NCBI GenBank assembly: GCA_977018835.1
Contig: OZ361257.1
Span: forward strand, 1,674,001-1,738,000
Direction of reading: 5' to 3'
DNA: 64,000 nucleotides
Origin: Minutocellus sp. GHC0000111
Lineage: Eukaryota
Within the stretch, counting starts at the first letter, position 1. Each line of letters starts with the position of its first letter. A model generated the notes under the pieces. It saw nothing but the letters and a program-made list of their open reading frames with translations, had not been told where the DNA came from and made no database searches. Of the stretch, positions 34,306 to 47,888 are shown piece after piece. A program made the translations under genes and the position numbers.

Positions 34306-36806
34306 ATGAAGCAAGGCAGCCCAAGTTACGATGCGGCCAGGATGATATCTCTCCTTTACCGCGCTTGGTCGAACTTCGCTTGGATTCTCTGGCTTGCTGC
34401 CGCTGCTATTATCGGGCTTTGCTCTACCGCCATAAAACAGAATTCCACAAAACCAATCCAAAGTAGCCAGCCAACAATTGCGCTCTTTCGTTCGCAATGT
34501 CCTCGATAACAACCATCTTTGGGCTGGTCGCGTTTACCAACTCGCTATTTGCGTCGTGCTACTATTGCATCAGGAGTGAGAGAAGGCTTGCCGATGCCAA
34601 GGCAAGGGGCGAGGCGCTGAGAGAAGATGCAATCGAGCTCGAAGACGATGGGAATGATGAGCCGGGAGACAAGGCACATGCTGACTCTACCATCGCCGCC
34701 GTGCAAGAAAAGATCGAAACTGCTGCCTCCATTGTTTACGGATTGGTATTTGGTGTGGTGAAGAAGCAGATGAATTCCATTTACCGATTCAGCGGATGGC
34801 AGCCTACCCGCTATCGTCTTTCATTGGTGTACACTTCCATTTTACTTGCATCTCTCACGATTTTGTACTCAGAGCGTATGCTAAGGGGCCTCGGCATTGA
34901 TCCAAAGATTACTGCTCCAGAATTTTGCTCCGCCGAGCAGGACGGTCCAGATTGGGCAAGCAATCGCGCCGGCGTATCATCGTCCGCAACAAGCACACTG
35001 GAAGATATGTTCGCCAAGGAGACCAACCTCGCACAGGCCAAAAGACAGCTGGAATATTCAACTCGCTACCTGGAGGCACTCAGAAACGACACAGAGCTAT
35101 ACGGCGAGATCGAATATGCCTGCCCCATGGAACCAAGGACCAAATCGGAATTTCGCCTCGATGCCATTGACCGGAAGGGCGCAGGTCCTGCTGGAGGCAG
35201 CGATGCAGCGCCATTTTTCCCTGCACATTGCACAGCTGCACTAGAATTAGAGATGAAACGTACCAGAGAGCATAAGTGTTCCCGTAGGATTTGTGTCGAT
35301 ACCACCGTAAAGGTTGAGCAAGTCGATGTGGATTTGGATGGCATCGGTGGCGTGTGGTCTTGGGTTCGCGAGGGTAAGGAAGGAGTCGTTTCTACGAGAA
35401 CCGTTGAGCGTGATGTACGAGGATGCAAGGAGGTGAATGTTCCTTGCCCGGATCATGACAAACTCGAGCAACTCGATGCCAAGACTCGTCAATATCTGGT
35501 TGAACAAACCATTCGAAACGAGCAACTTGCATCCCGTGAGTTGCCCCCAATCGACGTTGCTGGCGAGGAAGATATGGAAATGAATGAGGGGCTCGCCAAA
35601 GTGATGAAGAAGGGAGGCGAAGTCGTTGATACATTGGTTCAGCAGATTGACGTCGCTTCGTCGGCCTTTGTGCTATACCTCTGGCTTTCGCTCTTCTTCC
35701 CATCACCGCTTTATATCTTCCGATCCAGGATGAGCGTATCGTTCAAGCGATACATCTTCGGAGCAAAAAAGGCCCTCTTCATCATCCTTGTTCTGGCAAT
35801 CTGGTGGGGCGTCGAATGGTTTCGGAAGTTCTCAATTGTCTTGGAGGTTCAGCTGTACTTTCAGAGTCTTCTTCAGAATCCATGCTTTGCCGACATTACT
35901 TTCCTCAAGAACGCTGCTGAGTCTCTTAATTCTGTTTGCCGAGAGATTGTGCAGGTTGATCGCGCATGGAGTTCCAAGGCTGCTACAATCGCGTCGACGC
36001 TACAAGAAATTGACGCGTTCAAAGGAACCTGTTCTTGTGATTATCCGTGCGAAAGCTTGTGTGGCCTTCATATGAGTGGTGATCCTGCAATTGCAAATTG
36101 GTTCGGTTTTGGAACTGCTTCCAGCGACATGTGTGGTTCGTGTGAGACCGATGTATTGCTTCTGAACGATACCCCAAACTTCGTTGGAAACGACAGGCTT
36201 TGTTCAGACGGATCCTATGCATTTTATCAAGTATTTGCTTCGTACAGCAAAATAGCAGCCTCGGCGGGCATATCTTGGTGGTCGCTCTGGGTCTCAAGTG
36301 GACTACTTGCAGCTATGTTAGTCAAGACATTTACTGCGAATTTCGCGGTGAGCATTTTGCGACTGGCAGATCCCATGACCTACTGCGGTGGTCAATTCGA
36401 GGGGCCTCCAAATTCTCAAGATTTTGTTGCGAGTGAGAGCCTCCGAATGCGATGCGAAAAGCATCTAACAATGATTGGACTGAGAAAGTGTGTCATTTGG
36501 GGCTTTCTATCCAATGTGTGCCTCATCAATATGGTAACAAGCGCGTTTCACACTGCCGAAGACAACGGCGAAGCATCCAAGAATAATGATGGATACATCC
36601 TACTGGGCTTATCCCTCTTCCCTGCGGTGTATGCCTGGCTATGTGTGAGAATGAGTGCAAAAAAGATTGAGAGCTTGAAAGGAACAGAAAAGAAGGCTGC
36701 TGACACTTCAGCAGTGATGGTCGAAACTGATTTGCACTTGGAACAAGAAGAAGTCCTGCAGGAAGATCCCGATGCCGACGTCGAGGTGTGCCTCCCGTCG
36801 AAATGA
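34306..36806 (+). CDS. Multi-pass membrane protein with Cys-rich lumenal loops, unknown function
   Basis: 769-aa ORF from 34497 with several TM segments. The upstream hydrophobic ORF from 34306 joins in frame if T3 at 34486-34488 is T4 (IALFSFAMSS). Confidence 0.65.
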
Positions 36807-36875
36807 TCTGGAATTTGTCAAACCACATCTTTAGTACTTGTATATATTAGAGCTAGTTAGCAGTAGATGATTATA

Positions 36876-39800
36876 CTATAACAAAGCATCAATCATGTTG
36901 AGAGCTTCCTCGGCCTTGGAATAGATTGAAATAGCTTGGACCGCGGCTCCGTTGGCTGTGATGGAAATGCCTGCATCTCTTGGATTGATTCGAACCAGCG
37001 TGACGGACCCAGAGCTTGTCGGCTCTGATGATTTAATCCTCTTGAGACAATCGGAGAAGACCTCTTCGCTTTCGTCGCGACAAGCAGGGACATTCAAACC
37101 ACACCCAAGTTCGAGAATGACCAAAGATTTTCCTTCGTTGACGACCGCATCTTCAACCTTTGCCTCCCACTGTTGGTACCTTTTTCTCTGCTTTTCAATA
37201 TCGCCCAAAACATTCTTGTCAGTATCATGAAAAAGAAGTACATTTGGTCGACCTGGTCGCCCGCAATGCTTGCAGTGAATGCCTTCCTCGGCGGCGTCTT
37301 CGTCAATGCTGAATGTAGTTGACGAGCACAGCTCGTTCGTGGACGATCGGTTGGTGTTCCAATCTTCCCATATGGTTCCTTTCCGATTGGAACCTTGGTC
37401 TCTACCAATAGCTTCGGCGCATCTCCATTGTCCTCCAAACCCATGAATTTCACATATGCAATCGGCAAAGGAAGGGAAACCGCGAAAATGTCCATCGACG
37501 TTTGATGAATACACCCAGCAAGAAGACATGTTGCCTTTGCCGGCACAAAGATTCTTCAACTTGCCCTGGCCGCACCATTCATCCAAAAGTTTGTAGCCAG
37601 AATGCGGTTTGACTTTCGAGTATGTACAAGTAAATGAACACCAGAAGTTCTGGAATCGGATAGGGTCCTTGACGAGCATGCTGGGATCACACAGCTCTCG
37701 ATATTCCTCCGGCATGCATTCATATGTGGCAAGGCCAGAATCGGCTGACATGCCTGCCCCACAAGTGATGAGAATAAAATTTGCCCCACGAAGAGCCGAA
37801 GCAGCCGCAGAGATTCTCGAGTCTACCGACAGTATTTCAGTTCCCTCTCCGCCAATAGATATTCTGTCCACACCGGTGTGCAAAGTCATGGCGTCCAAAC
37901 AGTTGATATCGGAAACATCCACAGGTGTAGATGATTTCTCTTGTCTGATGAAGTGCCTTCAATACTCCAAAGCGATAAACGTTGGTCGTAGCCAGCGGCA
38001 TAGACGCGATAGCCAGAGGCAATTGAACCTACAAGCTTGATGCCTTTGAGAGCAGACGAGCTAGCTTGGTCCCTTCGCATGAAAGTACTTTGGTCAATCA
38101 CGAGAGACTCGCTATCATCTTCCCCTTGCAAGGATAGTTCGCCAGACCAAACGCCTATTGCTTCGTCGTCGCCACCGCTGCAGATGAGAAGGGTTGGATT
38201 GTTACATGACTCATCTTCCGTTTCTGGAGATCCAATCTCCAGCAGAGCACTGATGCCATTTGTTCCGCATTGGTGTGCGTCAAAGGTAAAGAATGGCGCT
38301 TTGGAGAAATCTCCGGCTGGTAATTTGCCAGGCAAATACCACAGTGAAACCTGACCGCTCGTATCACCAACACAGGCAACAAGTAATTCATCTGAAATGC
38401 GGACGATATCGATGCAGAGAACTGGCCGTGAATCGGTGCATAGCATGTGGGCTGCGATGGTTTTGGGCTGGTCGAGATCTTCGGACACAATGAAGAGGTG
38501 AAGGCCACCATCGCTATCGCCCGCGAGGACAAAATGATAAAAATCGTCGCTTTCAGATGCACCTGTATTCAAAAGTGGAATGGATTTGACAGCATTCATT
38601 CGATGGTCCATGGCAATGTTGTTTCCGAGCCGATTCTGGCACAGTTTCGATATTTTGGGGTCGAATCGATTGCCTTCGCTTCCACAAAAATCGTCACCCT
38701 CCAGGAGATAGAATGATGTGATGAGTTTGGCCCCGCATGTTACGAGTAAGGTCGACGTGGAATTTTGTTGAGAGCTAGTGCAGACGGCTCTGACGCAACT
38801 GACGTGGTGTGGGAGATCTTTTGTGGCTGAAAGCGATCCATCCCGGCAACAGGACAACTTCACTGAGCTATCGTTGCTTCCAGAGAGCAGAAGCGAAGTA
38901 CTCGGGTCCTTCGTTGAAATCCAAGCCACTCCATTGACAAATTCTCCATGGAGCGATAGACCGGAGTAGTAGTTCGGGCGAGGGCAAGATCTTACAGATT
39001 TGGCTGTTGTGAACTGACCAGACGAATGAAGCAGAAATTCTGTCTCGCCATCGGTTCTGCCAACACAGATGGCAAAGTGATGCGCCGACAAAGCGGCAAT
39101 ACTGCTCCATGCACCAAACTGCACATCCATAGTAGTGCTCCGTTGTCTACCGCCGGTGTTGATATTCATCATCTCACATCCTTGACCAACATCGATTACA
39201 ACATAGTTGTTGCTTTGATAGCCCCCAGCAAATAAGTTTCCCGCTGGTCCCTTCCATAATTTCATTACCCCGGTGAGCGCAGGGATGGGAACCGATATAC
39301 CCTTGTGCATGGAAGTGGATCCATCCGCATTTGTACCTATAATACATTCTGCAATGCACCCGTTGTTTCCGCCGGAAATTAGTTTGGACCCATCAGAAGA
39401 AAACATGAGATCGTTGACATGTTCTCTATCGTGGAGGGTTCGTATCAGATGAAGAGGCTTGAGCTTTTCTTCGGAATTCTCTTCGGAAGTGGCCCCAGTA
39501 GCCATATCAAACAAGGCAACATTGCTTCGACTATCGCCGATGGCCAACCGTTGGTTATAGGCATCATAAGCGATTGAGATAGGAACGCCAACTGTGCCCA
39601 TTTCAAGTACGGCAAGCTTCTTCGGCGGCGAGGAAGCGGATTCTACACTGAACCTCCACCAAACAGCAACCCCCTTGACATGAAGTGTCACCAAATTGTT
39701 TTCATCAATCCACTTGACAGCTTGTAGCGCAATGTGCGGAGCGGTAGAAAAGTGGATCTGCTCGCTAGACTCGTCAAATAACGGAACAATCAAAATATCA

Positions 39801-41817
39801 CCCCTCGACATGCCAATGGCAACTGCATTGGTATTCGGCCGAACAGCGATGCAAGAGGCCGTCTTCGGATCAATTGACTTAGGAAGACACACCAAGTCAT
39901 TTCCTTATCCCATGATCCACTCGCAAGATCAAGTGAGTGCATGTTACCTGTGCGAGCGACGGCCAGAAACCTTCCAGGACCCTCATTGTGAGCGTAGAAG
40001 GCCATACCGACAACATTTTGGGCAGAATTCTTGGCCTTGGGCTTTTTCTTGCGTTTCTTTTTCTTCTTTCCGGCACCTTGATCCATTTCAATTTTCTCTT
40101 CTGGTGCGCTTTCTTCTTCTTCTTCTTCTTCTTCCTCTTCCTCTGGTTCATCGGTGGGGATTTCTGCTACAATCGTTTCATCGCGAGGAAGGAGGAAGCT
40201 GCGCATGCCTGGCGCATTTTCGGGCGAGGAGGCGGGATCGTCGCCGCAATCGCTGGTGAGAAATATCTGATCTTCGAGTTGCCAAATCTTTGCAGATCCA
40301 TCGTTACCCCCAGTGATAGCGAGAGCCTCGGCATCGTCAACATCAATGGACCAGACACTGAGGCAATTGAACCCTTTCATAGTAGCGACAGACTGTCCGC
40401 CGTTGGCAACATCCCACATTCTGACCGTCGAGTCTTCGCCGCATGAGACTAACATTCCTAGCGATGAGGCGAAGGCACAATCCCAAACCCGAGCAGTATG
40501 TCCATACGCAGTCCATAGGAGCGTATTTTGGCTTCTTGAGTCGACAATCGACCTTGCCTGTGCAGCAGACTCGTATCTTAATATCGCTGGTGAAATGCAA
40601 TCCGCGTCATTACGCTTCCAAAGTCTCACTGTCCGATCATCACCGGTCGATGCCAGATATTCCCCATTGCCTCCAAATCGACATGAAAATACCACCCCAT
40701 CATGACCCGATAGTGAATGCGATGCGGGTTTGGTCACAATGGAAAGATCGGTCGCATCATCGTGTGAATCATTGGCAATCATGGCCGTTCCTTCCTCGTT
40801 CGTCAGAGCATTCCACACATAAATTATGCTCGAGGGAGTCCCGACGGCGACGGCAAGATCAAGTTCCTTCACATGGTTTGTGTTATCATCATCAACCGCC
40901 GATATCCACTTGCCACCGCCCCACCCATAAAATGACAAAGAGTAGGTTATGCATCGAACCTCAGATACAACTTTGCGCAATCGTCGAGGCGTCAGCACAA
41001 TCTTGGACGGAATGGTGCCCTGAAACGGCGTGGCATGGGGCATCATGGACCAAATTTCCACCACATTCTGTGCCATTCCAATGGCAACTAGCATAGACTG
41101 TTTGCTGGAATTGTCACTTTCATTTTGCACGACAACCAATCGAACGTCGTAGATCAAATCCGAAACAGTGAGGCAACTGCGCAGGTATCGATGATCACAA
41201 TGTCCATCGGTCGCCTTTGACTCATTGGGAGCAAAGCAGAGCGGTGATATTGGATCAGGTCCGCATTTCGGTTCCTGACCGATGCCACCGCCGTACAAAA
41301 TCGATAGCTTCCTTTCGCCAAAGACGGCCATAATTCTGGACCAGTGGGGCAATAATGGCGGAGTGGAAGTTGGATCGCATGTGGATGCGGCAGCACCATT
41401 GTCTTCTGCTGAATTGTTCTTCATCAGTTTGGCGTACCGAATTCCATGAATGACGCCCGATCCATCGAATGCGGCAAATGCGCGATGATGATAGACTTCC
41501 TCTTCCTGATCATTGCCATCTCCTTCAATTTTGCTGTTTCCTGGTGGTGGTGCTTCACCGCCATCATCATTCGCAGCAATTGTCCCACCACCTGTCTCTT
41601 GAAATCGCAGCGGCCGACTTTCCAACTCACTTCCCCTCCCAATGAGGATGCGGTTGCACTCCGCAACCACCGAGACGGCCGTCACGGGTGCCACCAGATG
41701 GGTCCGACGGAGGAATTGCGAGGCCGGCTGGTGGAAGGGGTGGGCAAAGTAGGACGTGGCGTGTAGGTCGGCGTCAAAGTCGTCATGGTGGTGTTGGTGC
41801 CGAAGCTCGGTCGTCAT
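36876..41817 (-). CDS. WDR6/Trm734-like WD40 protein fused to a C-terminal sirtuin (Sir2) domain; two frameshifts
   Basis: WD motifs GHDGVVF, STGDDRTVRLW, GHTARVWD, HQCGTNG, SGGDDEAI and GYDQRLSLW. The final blade DVSDINCLD...IGGEGTE is in the same ORF as the Sir2 motifs GAGMSADSGL, SNVDGHF, EIHG, CKHC, RPNVLLF, ELGCG and VRINP. Frame breaks lie near 39890 and 37940. Confidence 0.85.
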
Positions 41818-42469
41818 GTTTGTTGTGCCTGAACGCAATGTCGCTTGCGTTGAAAAATGTTGGGGGTGTCGGGAATTCAATGATGCGATGAGATATTTAT
41901 TGACACCGCTCGTTCGTTCAGGGATGCAGGAAATGCAAAGTGCTATTTTTGAGCGGTTTTGAGGGGAAAGGGTTATGAGCTCAATTCGTATTTCATTCGA
42001 ACGAGTCGAGTCGAGTCGAATCGTCGAATTTTTGGCGATGTGAAATCTTCCGCCATCGCTGACGACCGCCCTCTGCCTTGCCCGGACGTCGCTTGCTTGT
42101 TCCTTTTTCGCCAAGAGGAGCGCAACTTTGCGAGCCCTTCATCAATCACGTGAGGAATAGCGTTCTTGGGTTGGCTCGGTTGGTTGTTATCCAAGAACCA
42201 GCCGGAAAGGAAACTCAAGGAGCGTATCTTGGTGAGGAAGAATACCTGCACATATCGTGCTCGAAATTGTTGGTTCCTACTTTTTCCAAAGAAATTGAAT
42301 TCTTGATCGCTTCTCATCTGTCTTTTTGCGGAAAGAGACAACAATACAAATAAATCGCCATCTCGAGTTTGTTAGTGACTTGACTCCCACCTAGCTGAGA
42401 CTTGGGGTCAGGTCAAGTCGGGTCGTTTAAGGAGGAGAAGCTACTGCTGCCAGGCAAGCCAGCAAATAA

Positions 42470-43047
42470 ATGGTCCGCAGCCCTTGGTCCGAGCGCAAGT
42501 ACTATTCCAGCGACGTTCGGCTCGTGCCGGCCCGTCGCGACAGCGATCCCAGCGCAAATTCTACCAGCGGCGACAAGGACGACACGTCGCCCAACATGAG
42601 CGCAGTCGCCGATCGCAAGAAGATGACCAACGGCGCGTCGGCCAGGGCCATGGCCCAGCAGGCCGCCGGTCGAGCGTCAAGCGGCGGGCTGCCTCCTCCC
42701 TCTCCTCGGGCCACCACTGCAAATACTGCCAGCAGCACGCGCAATCCCAGCCCGGTGCCCATGAGGGACTTTAAAGGCAGCCGCAGCGGCGGTGGTTTTG
42801 GGTTCGATCACGACGCCGCCGGCAGTCAATTCCAGCCCCCCGCGAGATTGTCGTCACCTGCCTCTTCCAAGAGCAAAGACGCACCGTCGTCGTCGCTCTT
42901 GCAGCAATCGCAAATGTCCAAGATGCACACTGCCGGTATGCAGCAGCAGCGAGGAAGTCAGGATCCACCCCCCTCGCCCCGCCAGTCCCGGCAGCAGGTG
43001 CAGCTCCACGTGCCCGCCCACGTCCAGCAGCAGTCGCCCTACCTCAT

Positions 43048-43082
<35 letters not shown>

Positions 43083-46000
43083 GCGAACAACCCCCGGCCT
43101 CGCCCTCCTCGAGGCCCATATCGGTCATCCGCGATTCGTGGGCCCAGCGCGACCGGGAGGCGACCGAGAATGGCATCCAAAGCTCGACCTTTCGGCAGGC
43201 CAACATCCAGCAACGGTCTCCAAGTGCTGAGGAGATGCAGCGCCAGGCACAGGCTCAGCAGCAGATGCACGCGCAGCAGCGACAGCAGAGACCGGCCTCG
43301 CTCAACCTTCCCACCCTGGTCACTCCTGGTAGGAGTCAGTCGCCGGTACAGCAGCAGCAACAACGCCAACCGCCCTCCCCCATGATGAGGACGTCGCCTC
43401 CCACCCCACCGTCCCCCGCCTCCGACGCGCGCATCGCCTCCCTGTCGCAAACCCTCAACCTCCAAGCCGAGCAGCTCGCCACCATGGAACGGGACTACCT
43501 CAACCTGATATCCAACCTCGAATCCGAGAAGCGGCGGGTCCACGAGGTGTTGGACCTACGGACCAAGGAACGCGACACGGTCCGGACCGAGGTCGAACGG
43601 CTCCAGCGCCAGCTGGTGAGCAAGTCCAACCTCAGCGTCCAGGCCGAGGAGGAGCAGATGGTCCAGGGGGAGCGAATCTCGTCCCTGGAACAGGACCTCA
43701 AGAAGTGCAAGGAGGTGTTGGCCCAGCGCGACGAGCTGATCCAATCGCGCAACTCCGAGTTGAAGAGTATGCGCGAGGCCGTTTGTCAGGCCGCCGAGGA
43801 GAAGCTGTACCTTCAAGAGCAGGCGCGGGTGGACGGGGAGCGGCGCGATAAGTTCCAGAATGGACGGTTGGAGAAGGCCATGGAGACGGTGGCCGAGAAG
43901 GATGAGCTGATTCGAGAGAAGGAGGTCGAGATCGATGAGCTCAGGGTGAGTGTTCCATCAATATTTTTTCGTGAGCAGTTGCTATTTTTGCTTCTTTATA
44001 ATACCTTGCACATTCTAACATACCGTTGCTTTATATCTTTCATCACCTTTCATACCTGCACAGGAATCCATCTATAAGCGGAAGCAGGAGCGCGATGCTC
44101 TCAAGCTCGACGTTCAGGCCCTGCAGGAGGAGCTCGAAGGCGAGCAGGCCAACATCGCCGAGCTCAAGACCAGCGTGGCCGGTTATCGGCTTGAGATCCG
44201 CCGCCTAGAGGCGCAGGAGCGCGAACGGGAGGAGAATGCAGCCGCCCGGACTATGGAGGATGAGATGCGCGACGAGGCCCATGCCACAGCCACTCGCGAG
44301 GCCGAGAAGAGGCTGGCAGAGATGAGCGCCACCATCGAGGCCAGGGAGGAGGAGAACGATGCCCTCCGGAAGCTTGTCGAAGAGCTCAAGGATCAGCTTC
44401 AGCAGGAGCAAGAGAAGACGGCGGCTCTGTTTGAGCAGCTGTCCGCCCTCAAGGCCGACCTCGAAACAGCCAAGACGTCGACGCCCGATCTCGTCCAGCG
44501 CGAATTGGAAGAACAGGCAGACAAAATCTCTTCGTTGGAACTAGAACTTTGCAAGAAGGATGATGATATCGAAACCAAGGCTGGGGAAATCCTTCGCTTG
44601 CAAACCGAGCTAAGCCAAGTGGCCGAGTCCAATACCAGCCTATGTCGAAATCTCGAGAAAACAAAGGGCCGACAGGACGAGGAGGTTGCCAAGTCAGAAG
44701 AATCGAAGCAATCTTTCGACGAAATGAACAAATTGCAATGAAGAATCTCACTGACGAGTTGCTCGAGGCCCAGGCCAAACTCGTCAATGCCCAAGACCAC
44801 GAAGAGGAGCTCAAGAGACAAATCGAAAAGATGGAGGAGTCCAAGGCATCAGAGGAAATGGATGCCCTCAAGGCACAGCTAGAAGAGACACAGGCCGAGG
44901 CTAGACAACTTGATGAGAAGTGCAACGCCCTCGAGGAGGGGCGGAGAAAGGAGAAATCCTACCTGGAACAGCTCGAGAAAGAAGTATCGAAGCAAAAGGA
45001 GGCTGCCGATGCTGCAAGGGAGCTATCGGCTCAAAACTTTGTGGCGGCCAAGGCTGCCCAGCGTGAGAACGAGGATAAGCTGAACGAGCAATACCTTGAG
45101 ACCAAAACAGAGCTTGAACAAGTCCAACAGGAAAAGAAGGAACTCGAATCCTCGCTCGCTGAGAAGGACGACCTCCTTGTTGCCAAGGATGACGAGCTTC
45201 AGGGCGTCAAGGCTATGATCCGTGCATTCGAAATGGAACAGGAGGATATGAGTGCAAGGCTTCGATCTACCCAAGATAAGCTCAAGGAGAGCCGTACCGA
45301 GGCAGCCAACGCTGCTGCAGTTGCTTCAGCCTCCAAATCTGGAGTTGGGTGGCTGCGCCGGGGTGGATCCGGCAACAGTGATGACACTGTCGAGTTTGAG
45401 CTGGCCATGTCTGAAAAGGATCGTATCATCGAGGCCAAGAGTGTTGAGGTCAAGGCGCTGATGGAGGATCTCCAGAAATGTATGCAGCAGCGAGAAGCAA
45501 TGCACGACGAGCTCGAGCAGCTCAGAAAGGATATGGATAGTCGTATCGAGGAGCTTCTAACTGCCCAAAAGCAGCAGCAAGAGGCGTCTTTGGGTGATGA
45601 ACAGCTGCGAGCTGACCTGGACCAAAGTTTTGCTGAGAATGCCGACTTGAAGCAAGAGATCGACGAGTTGAAGGAGCAGCTCTTCTTTGAATCCAGAAAA
45701 TCGTACCGAATGAAGAAGAAGATGGAATCTTTATCTGCTTCCAAGGACTTTGCGAGCCCTCATGTCCAGTCCAGGGCTATCGGCAGCGACGATTTGTCGT
45801 CTGCAAGCAGCGATGGGGTTGCCAGAGAAACGGAAAGAAAACACGAGCGAATGAACCGTATCCGCGAACGAGCCAGTTTTGACGAGGATGGTAGCCATGC
45901 AACCGAAGCTACCTCAGCCAAGTTCAGAGCACTCGAAGCATCGCTAGAAGAAAAGGAGGCTCAGCTCAAGTCCAAGTCTACTCAGGTGGAAGAGCTTGAA

Positions 46001-47657
46001 AAACTAATGAACGATATGGCTCTTTCTCACGCCAACCAAGCCAACATTGCCAAGGAATGCCAACGCCCTTGAGAAACCTGTTTTGGAATATCAGACAAGA
46101 ATCGAAGACCTCAAACGAGATCTATCCGACCGGGATCAAGTGGTCAACATCAAGAACGAGGAGATTGAAATTCTGCAGCAGAAACTTGATGAGTGCATGG
46201 CCGAGAAGCAGGCACTGATCGACGGCATTGCCGAACTAAAGTCTCAGCTGGAGGCAGAGGCGAAGCGATCCGCCGACCTTGTTGCCGCAGAGAAGGAGGC
46301 AAGAGATGAAATCACTCGTCTTGAGAATGCCATTAGATGCAAAGAGGAGGAAGTCGCTCGTCTGAATGAAAACAATGTCTCCGATATCAACAAAGACAAT
46401 GAGATCAAGGAGCTCCGCGAGCAGCTAATTCATGAGAGTCGTAATGCCTTTTCTCTTTCCAAGGAGGTTGAGAGTCTCCGTTTGGTCAGTGTTCGAGCCA
46501 ACGAAGAAATTCAAGGCCTCAAGGAAGAGATTGCCAATACTCCCATAAGAGGCCCTCCCGGAGGTCGTAGTGGCGGTGTTGCTCACATCTGGCACGAGAA
46601 CGAGTCTCTCAAGCACGAGTTTGATGCCGTTTCTCATCAGCTTGGCGAAGTATCGAAGGAAAATGCCGACCTCAAGTCCGAACTAAACGTTCTTCGCCGC
46701 AAGGACGCTGATGCTGGCCGAACATCGGCAGTCTTCCGCTCGAGAATGCAGTCGCCCGAAAAGAAAAAGCCTTGGGCCTCACCGGCAAAGCTTGCACCGC
46801 CCAAGTCGGATTCTCCCCACATCGACTTTGGTGAGGGACGAGATGATTATGACGACGATGCCAGCAACCGAGGACAGAGTCGAGGCGAGAGAAGGTCCGA
46901 GAGCCCCCGCCGAAGTGCTTTGGAGAGCACCTTCGCGACGGCCGAAGAAATCGATTCCCTCAAGCACCAACTTGATGAAGTCCGTCGCGAAAGGGATGGA
47001 CTCGACGAGGCGGTATGTAGCAGAGAAAAGTACATTACCGAACTGGAATACAAGTGCAGCGAGTACTCCGCCAAGATATCAGAGCTGAAGCGGTTCGTCA
47101 CCGCGCAAAGCCCATCCTCCAATGCCCAACAAGCCCTCGCCCTCAAGGAGAAGGAGGTTGAACGTCTTCACAAGGATATGGTCAGCCTCAAGATGCTAGC
47201 ATCCGCCAAGTTCCGAGAACTTGAGAGCAAGGCTGCTCGAGCTATTGACTACGAAGAGCAAGCGCAGGCACTACGGGTTGCTCTGGACAATGCCAAGGCC
47301 GACCACGCCAAGGAAATTGCACAGCTCAAGGCCCAGCAAGGTACCAGTGGCTTCCGCACCGTCGAGAGTCCACGGGCTGGCACCAAGGGCGTCCGTGAGA
47401 GCAAGCTTCAGCATAAATATGAGGTTCAGCTAAAGAAGATGGCCGAGGAGAAGGACTTGATGCGAAAGGAGATTGTTGCTCCGACCGCCGAACGTCGTCA
47501 GTACCAGGAGAAACTCAGCGAAATGGAAGACGGTTCGATGGACATGTCGTCCAAGATTGTCATGAGCGAGAACAGCAACCTGAAGATGGAACTGGCCAAG
47601 ATGAAGAAGGAGAGCATCCGCCTGCGCGGTAAGCTTGAGTACTACGAGGTGATTTGA
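42470..47657 (+). CDS. Giant coiled-coil protein with Gln/Pro/Ser-rich N-terminus
   Basis: Heptad-rich ORFs joined by intron 43946-44063 (GTGAGT...CACAG) and frameshifts near 44725 and 46066-46068. CAG-encoded polyQ near 43049-43078. Confidence 0.8.
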
Positions 47658-47888
47658 AGTGGCGAATTATTTGATTGATTTATATTTACGAAGTCCGTTT
47701 CGCGAGAAATCGAGCGCAGGGTCGGGACCAAAACAGCGACATTTTGGGCCCGCAACCGCCTGAATCTTAGATCTACCGGCATTGAATACATGTACAATGC
47801 AAAGTACATGTATTGCAGCAGCTAGTATCCAGATCTACAATCCAATCTAGTATTATTAAACACAATATAACTTAAAAGCACCGCAGGA

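Noticed and set aside
47785..47814. 11-bp inverted repeat AATACATGTAC...GTACATGTATT as a terminator or separate element
   Set aside because: It is built from the palindrome TACATGTA, which also occurs elsewhere in intergenic DNA here, and no function can be supported.
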